From: Malacoraja senta | Lineage: Eukaryota | Assembly (NCBI GenBank): GCA_038087875.1 | Contig: JAXLNO010000269.1 | Coordinates: 124,001-175,447, forward strand | Length of the DNA: 51,447 nt | Direction of reading: 5' to 3' | Part shown: piece by piece, positions 48,961-51,447 of the stretch | How the letters are laid out: each line of letters begins with the position of its first letter | How positions within the stretch are numbered: position 1 is the first letter of the stretch | Notes under the pieces: model-generated | What the model was told of the DNA's origin: nothing | Database searches by the model: none | The model's input: the letters and a program-made list of their open reading frames with translations, nothing else | Position numbers and translations under genes: made by a program

Positions 48961-51073
48961 TCACCGGGGCAAGGAGAATAAAATCCTGGAGGCAGGGCTG
49001 AGTCCAGAGTCCGTGAGTGAGAGATTCCAGAGTCCGTGAGTGAGACAGTCCAGAAGCCGTGAGTGAGTCACTTTTCAAGAAAGGAGCGAGAGAGAGAAAA
49101 CGGGGATTATAGACCAGTTAGCCTTGACTTTGGTGGTGGGAAAGATGCTGGAGTCAATTATTAAAGGTAATAATGGGGCATTTGGATAGTAACAAAAGGA
49201 TTAGTCCAAGTCAACATGGATTTATGAAGGGAAATCATGGCTTGACTAATCTTCCTGGAATTTTTTGAGGATGTGACAAGTAAAATGGATGAAGGGGTGC
49301 CAGTGGATGTAGTGTATCTAGACTTTCAGAAAGCCTTTGATAAGGTCCCGCACGGGAGACTGGTGACTAAAATGAGAGCACATGTTATTGGGGGTAGGGT
49401 GTTGACATGGATAGAAATTGGTTGGCAGACCGGAAGCAAAGAGTAGGAGTGAACGGGTCCTTTTCAGAATGGCAGGCAGTGGCGAGTGGAGTGCTGCAAG
49501 GCTCGGTGTTGGGGCCGCAACTGTTTACCATATATATTAATGATTTGGAAGAGGGAATTAGGAGCAACACTAGGAAGTTTGCAGATGACACAAAGCTGGA
49601 TGGCAGTGTGAACTGTGAAGAGGATGTTAGGAGGTTGCAGGGTGACCTGGACAGGTTGAGTGAGTGGGCAGATGTGTGGCAGATGCAGTATAATATAGAT
49701 AAATGTGAGGTTATCCACTTTGGCGGCAAAAACAAGGGGGCAGATTGTTATCTCAATGGGGTTAGGTTAGGTAAGGGGGAGATGCAGCGAGACCTGGGTG
49801 TCCTTGTACACCGGTCACTGAAAGTTGGCGTGCAGATACAGCAGGCAGTGAAGAAAGCTAATGGAATGTTGGCCTTCATAACAAGAGGATTTCAGTATAG
49901 GAGTAAAGAGGTTCTTCTGCAGTTGTATAGGGCTCTGGTGAGACCACATCTGGAGTATTGTGAACAGTTTTGGTCTCCTAATTTGAGGAAGGACATCCTT
50001 GTGATTGAGGCAGTGCAGCGTAGGTTCACGAGATTGATCCCTGGGATGGCGGGACTGTCATATGAGGAAAGATTGAAAAGACTGGAGTTTAGAAGGATGA
50101 GGGGGATCTTATAGAAACATATAACATTATAAAAGGACTGGACAAGCTAGATGCAGGAAAAATGTTCCCAATGTTGGGCGAGTCCAGAACCAGGGGCCAC
50201 AGTCTTAGAATAAAGGGGAGGACATTTAAGACTGAGGTGAGAAAAAACTTTTTCACCCAGAGAGTTGTGAATTTATGGAATTCCCTGCCACAGAGGGCAG
50301 TGGAGGCCAAATCACTGGATGGATTTAAGAGAGAGTTAGAGCTCTAGGGGCTAGTGGAGTCAAGGGATATGGGGAGAAGGCAGGCACGGGATTATTGATA
50401 GGGGACGATCAGCCATGATCACAATGAATGGCGGTGCTGGCTCGAAGGCTGAATGGCCTCCTCCTGCACCTATTTTCTATGTTTCTATGAGTGAGCGCAG
50501 CCGCCCAGCCCGAGAGTCGCCCACACAACCCCTCCCCCCTACACAACCCTTACACATGTCCTCCACCCCACAAACCCTCCCCTCCCTCACACAACCCCTC
50601 CCCCCTCACAACCCCCACAACCCCTCCCCCCACCAACCCCTCCACAACCCTCCCCCACAACCCCTCCCACCCCCACAACCCTTCCCCCCCCCAAAACCCC
50701 TTCTCACCCCCATACACCCACCCATCCCCACTCACTCCCTCCCCCCACACCACCATCTCACCCCTCTTACTCTCCCGCGCCCACACAGCCCACCCCCCTC
50801 TCCTCCCCTCCCACCCCACACCCTCCTTGTCACACCCCCCCTGTCCCTCCCCCTCCCACACATGAAGAGGAGGGGGAGGGAGTGCTGGAGGATGTGGGAA
50901 ATGAGCCGCCCCTGCACAGTTACGGGCTATGGGTGAGTGGTGGAATATTGTGCTGGGGGAACGGGTTGCGTTGGGGGAACCGGTGAGTGGTGGAATATTG
51001 CGTTGGGGAATGGGTTGCGTTGGGGGACCAGGCCTCCGTGTGACTGGGACCCAACGGTTCCCACTTAGTCTAG
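48961..51073 (+). mobile_element. Non-autonomous Helitron-like element (3' portion), interrupted by CR1
   Basis: Ends GGGACCC-AAC-GGTTCCC hairpin (51046-51062) then CTAG (51070-51073) followed by T; ~23-bp tandem unit x3 at ~49003-49067; C-rich low-complexity core 50520-50860. Confidence 0.6.
49068..50487 (+). mobile_element. CR1-clade LINE, 5'-truncated, relatively young
   Basis: 235-aa ORF with QGSVLGP, KFADDTK, LVRPHLEYC; (TTTCTATG)n tail; TSD TGAGTGAG at 49060-49067 and 50488-50495. Confidence 0.93.
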
Positions 51074-51447
51074 TATATCTATCTATCTATCTTGGCGTAG
51101 CTATCTATCTATCTTTTAAATATAGATAGATTTAAAACTCTGTGTGTGTCTGTGTGTGGGTGGCTGCCTGCTTGATTGTGCCAGCCAGCCCCTTTGATAC
51201 CGCGCTACGCCAACACTGCACGCAGAAACGCCGAAATTTTTTTTCCATTTCGGTAGAGATTTCATTTTCTTTACGAATAGCCACTCCTGATTAAATTTTC
51301 GAGTGTTTATTTACACTTTTTTAAATAAAATCCTTCTCCCCCCCCACCCCAAAATTTCAAAATGTAAAAAAAAACAGCTCTCAGCCAGGTAGAATGTTAG
51401 TGAAGGTTCCGTTGTGTGATGTCACAATGCCCAATGCTCACAGATGT
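51074..51447 (+). mobile_element. Probable 5' end of a second Helitron-like element running off the window
   Basis: (TCTA)n start, AAAACTC then (TG)n-like tract, a layout typical of non-autonomous Helitron 5' ends. Confidence 0.45.

Noticed and set aside
49003..49067. Regularly spaced ~23-bp repeats suggestive of CRISPR
   Set aside because: Contiguous tandem units without unique spacers, eukaryotic context, no cas genes.
50415..50936. Pro/His/Thr-rich ORFs resembling extensin or mucin
   Set aside because: Translation artefact of a C-rich low-complexity tract inside a repeat.

Overview
Vertebrate nuclear DNA, probably from a cartilaginous fish such as a skate or ray (inferred from HE1-type V-SINEs, abundant CR1 fragments and a Penelope-derived terminal repeat). 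The window holds a complete 10-exon NUFIP1 gene on the minus strand (CDS 46013 to 15862; 1659 nt, 552 aa; all junctions GT-AG and phase-consistent). It lies head-to-head with exon 1 of GPALPP1 (+, ATG 46367) across a ~350-bp GC-rich bidirectional promoter. Most of the remainder is transposon-derived: CR1, two young L1 copies, Rex1/Babar, RTE, Penelope, SINEs and Helitron-like ends, several nested with readable target-site duplications (TSDs). The standout is a 1363-bp non-autonomous DNA transposon (38456-39818; ~42-bp TIRs, 8-bp TSD) in NUFIP1 intron 3. It carries two inverted copies of BCL7A exon 1, each bracketed by Penelope hammerhead-like repeats, so it is a gene-capturing Pack-type element that folds into a long hairpin. 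Family assignments come from motif recall, not database searches, and boundaries of old repeats are approximate.
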